Of a stretch of DNA of 64,000 bases, positions 63,551 through 64,000 are shown one piece after another; the first letter of the stretch is position 1, and each line of letters starts with the position of its first letter. Source of the stretch: Eledone cirrhosa (taxonomy: Eukaryota); the NCBI GenBank assembly GCA_964016885.1, contig OZ024742.1:66836001-66900000 (forward strand). Direction: 5' to 3'. The notes under the pieces are model-generated. The model ran no database searches. It saw nothing but the letters and a program-made list of their open reading frames with translations, and was not told the DNA's origin. Both the position numbers and the translations under genes were made by a program.

Positions 63551-64000
63551 GACTCTGTGTGGGTGTAGGTGGGTTAATTAATTATATGTATATTTATACA
63601 TATATACTTTCAATTTATCTTAAATTTTTGTTATGTTCCATTTAGAATATTTATTTTCCAAAATATAAATCAAACATGCTTATTATTGTTTTTTCTGTTT
63701 GATTTTCTTCTTTATTTCGTTAAATTTATATGTAGTATGTATAATTCATTTCAGATAATTCATAGCAATATTTTTAAATATGAATATTTTCGTTCAAACA
63801 GTAATTTTTAAATTGTTTTAAATATAGTTTTCCTGCAAATGAAATTTCATGATCATTGAAATAAATAGCAGGCAACACATTTGTACCTTATGTATTAGAA
63901 TTGTTGACGACTTTGGAAAATATAAATAATAGGAAAATAATTAAATATGTTCTAATACATGTAATGATTATCGAATCAAATATTTCATTTAGTATATATA

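Overview
AT-rich animal genomic DNA, probably an octopus-like cephalopod (inferred from the SINE family and the extreme (TA)n/(CA)n load). I cannot support any host protein-coding gene; most tracked ORFs are microsatellite artefacts. The window is dominated by retroelements. These are (i) at least eight decayed Penelope-like element (PLE) bodies of about three EN types (five Hydra-clade-like, two Neptune-like, one unassigned), nearly all inside (TA)n tracts and several with an inverted pseudo-LTR; (ii) many non-coding fold-back palindromes made only of pseudo-LTR sequence; and (iii) eight copies of a tRNA-derived SINE, RTE-type and RLE (R4/Dong-type) LINE fragments and two mariner remnants. 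The main unannotated signal is RNA-level: by eye I find more than 25 minimal type-I hammerhead ribozyme (HHR) motifs from about a dozen sequence families. Several families share non-canonical cores across copies (CAGAAGA, CUGAAAGA, UUGANAA, GCAA for GAAA, CCGAAGA). One HHR sits in a 555-bp non-coding tandem unit resembling a retrozyme, and several are preceded by E2F/CCAAT/E-box/NRF1/YY1-like motifs. All folds, alignments and coordinates were read manually and may be off by a few bases.
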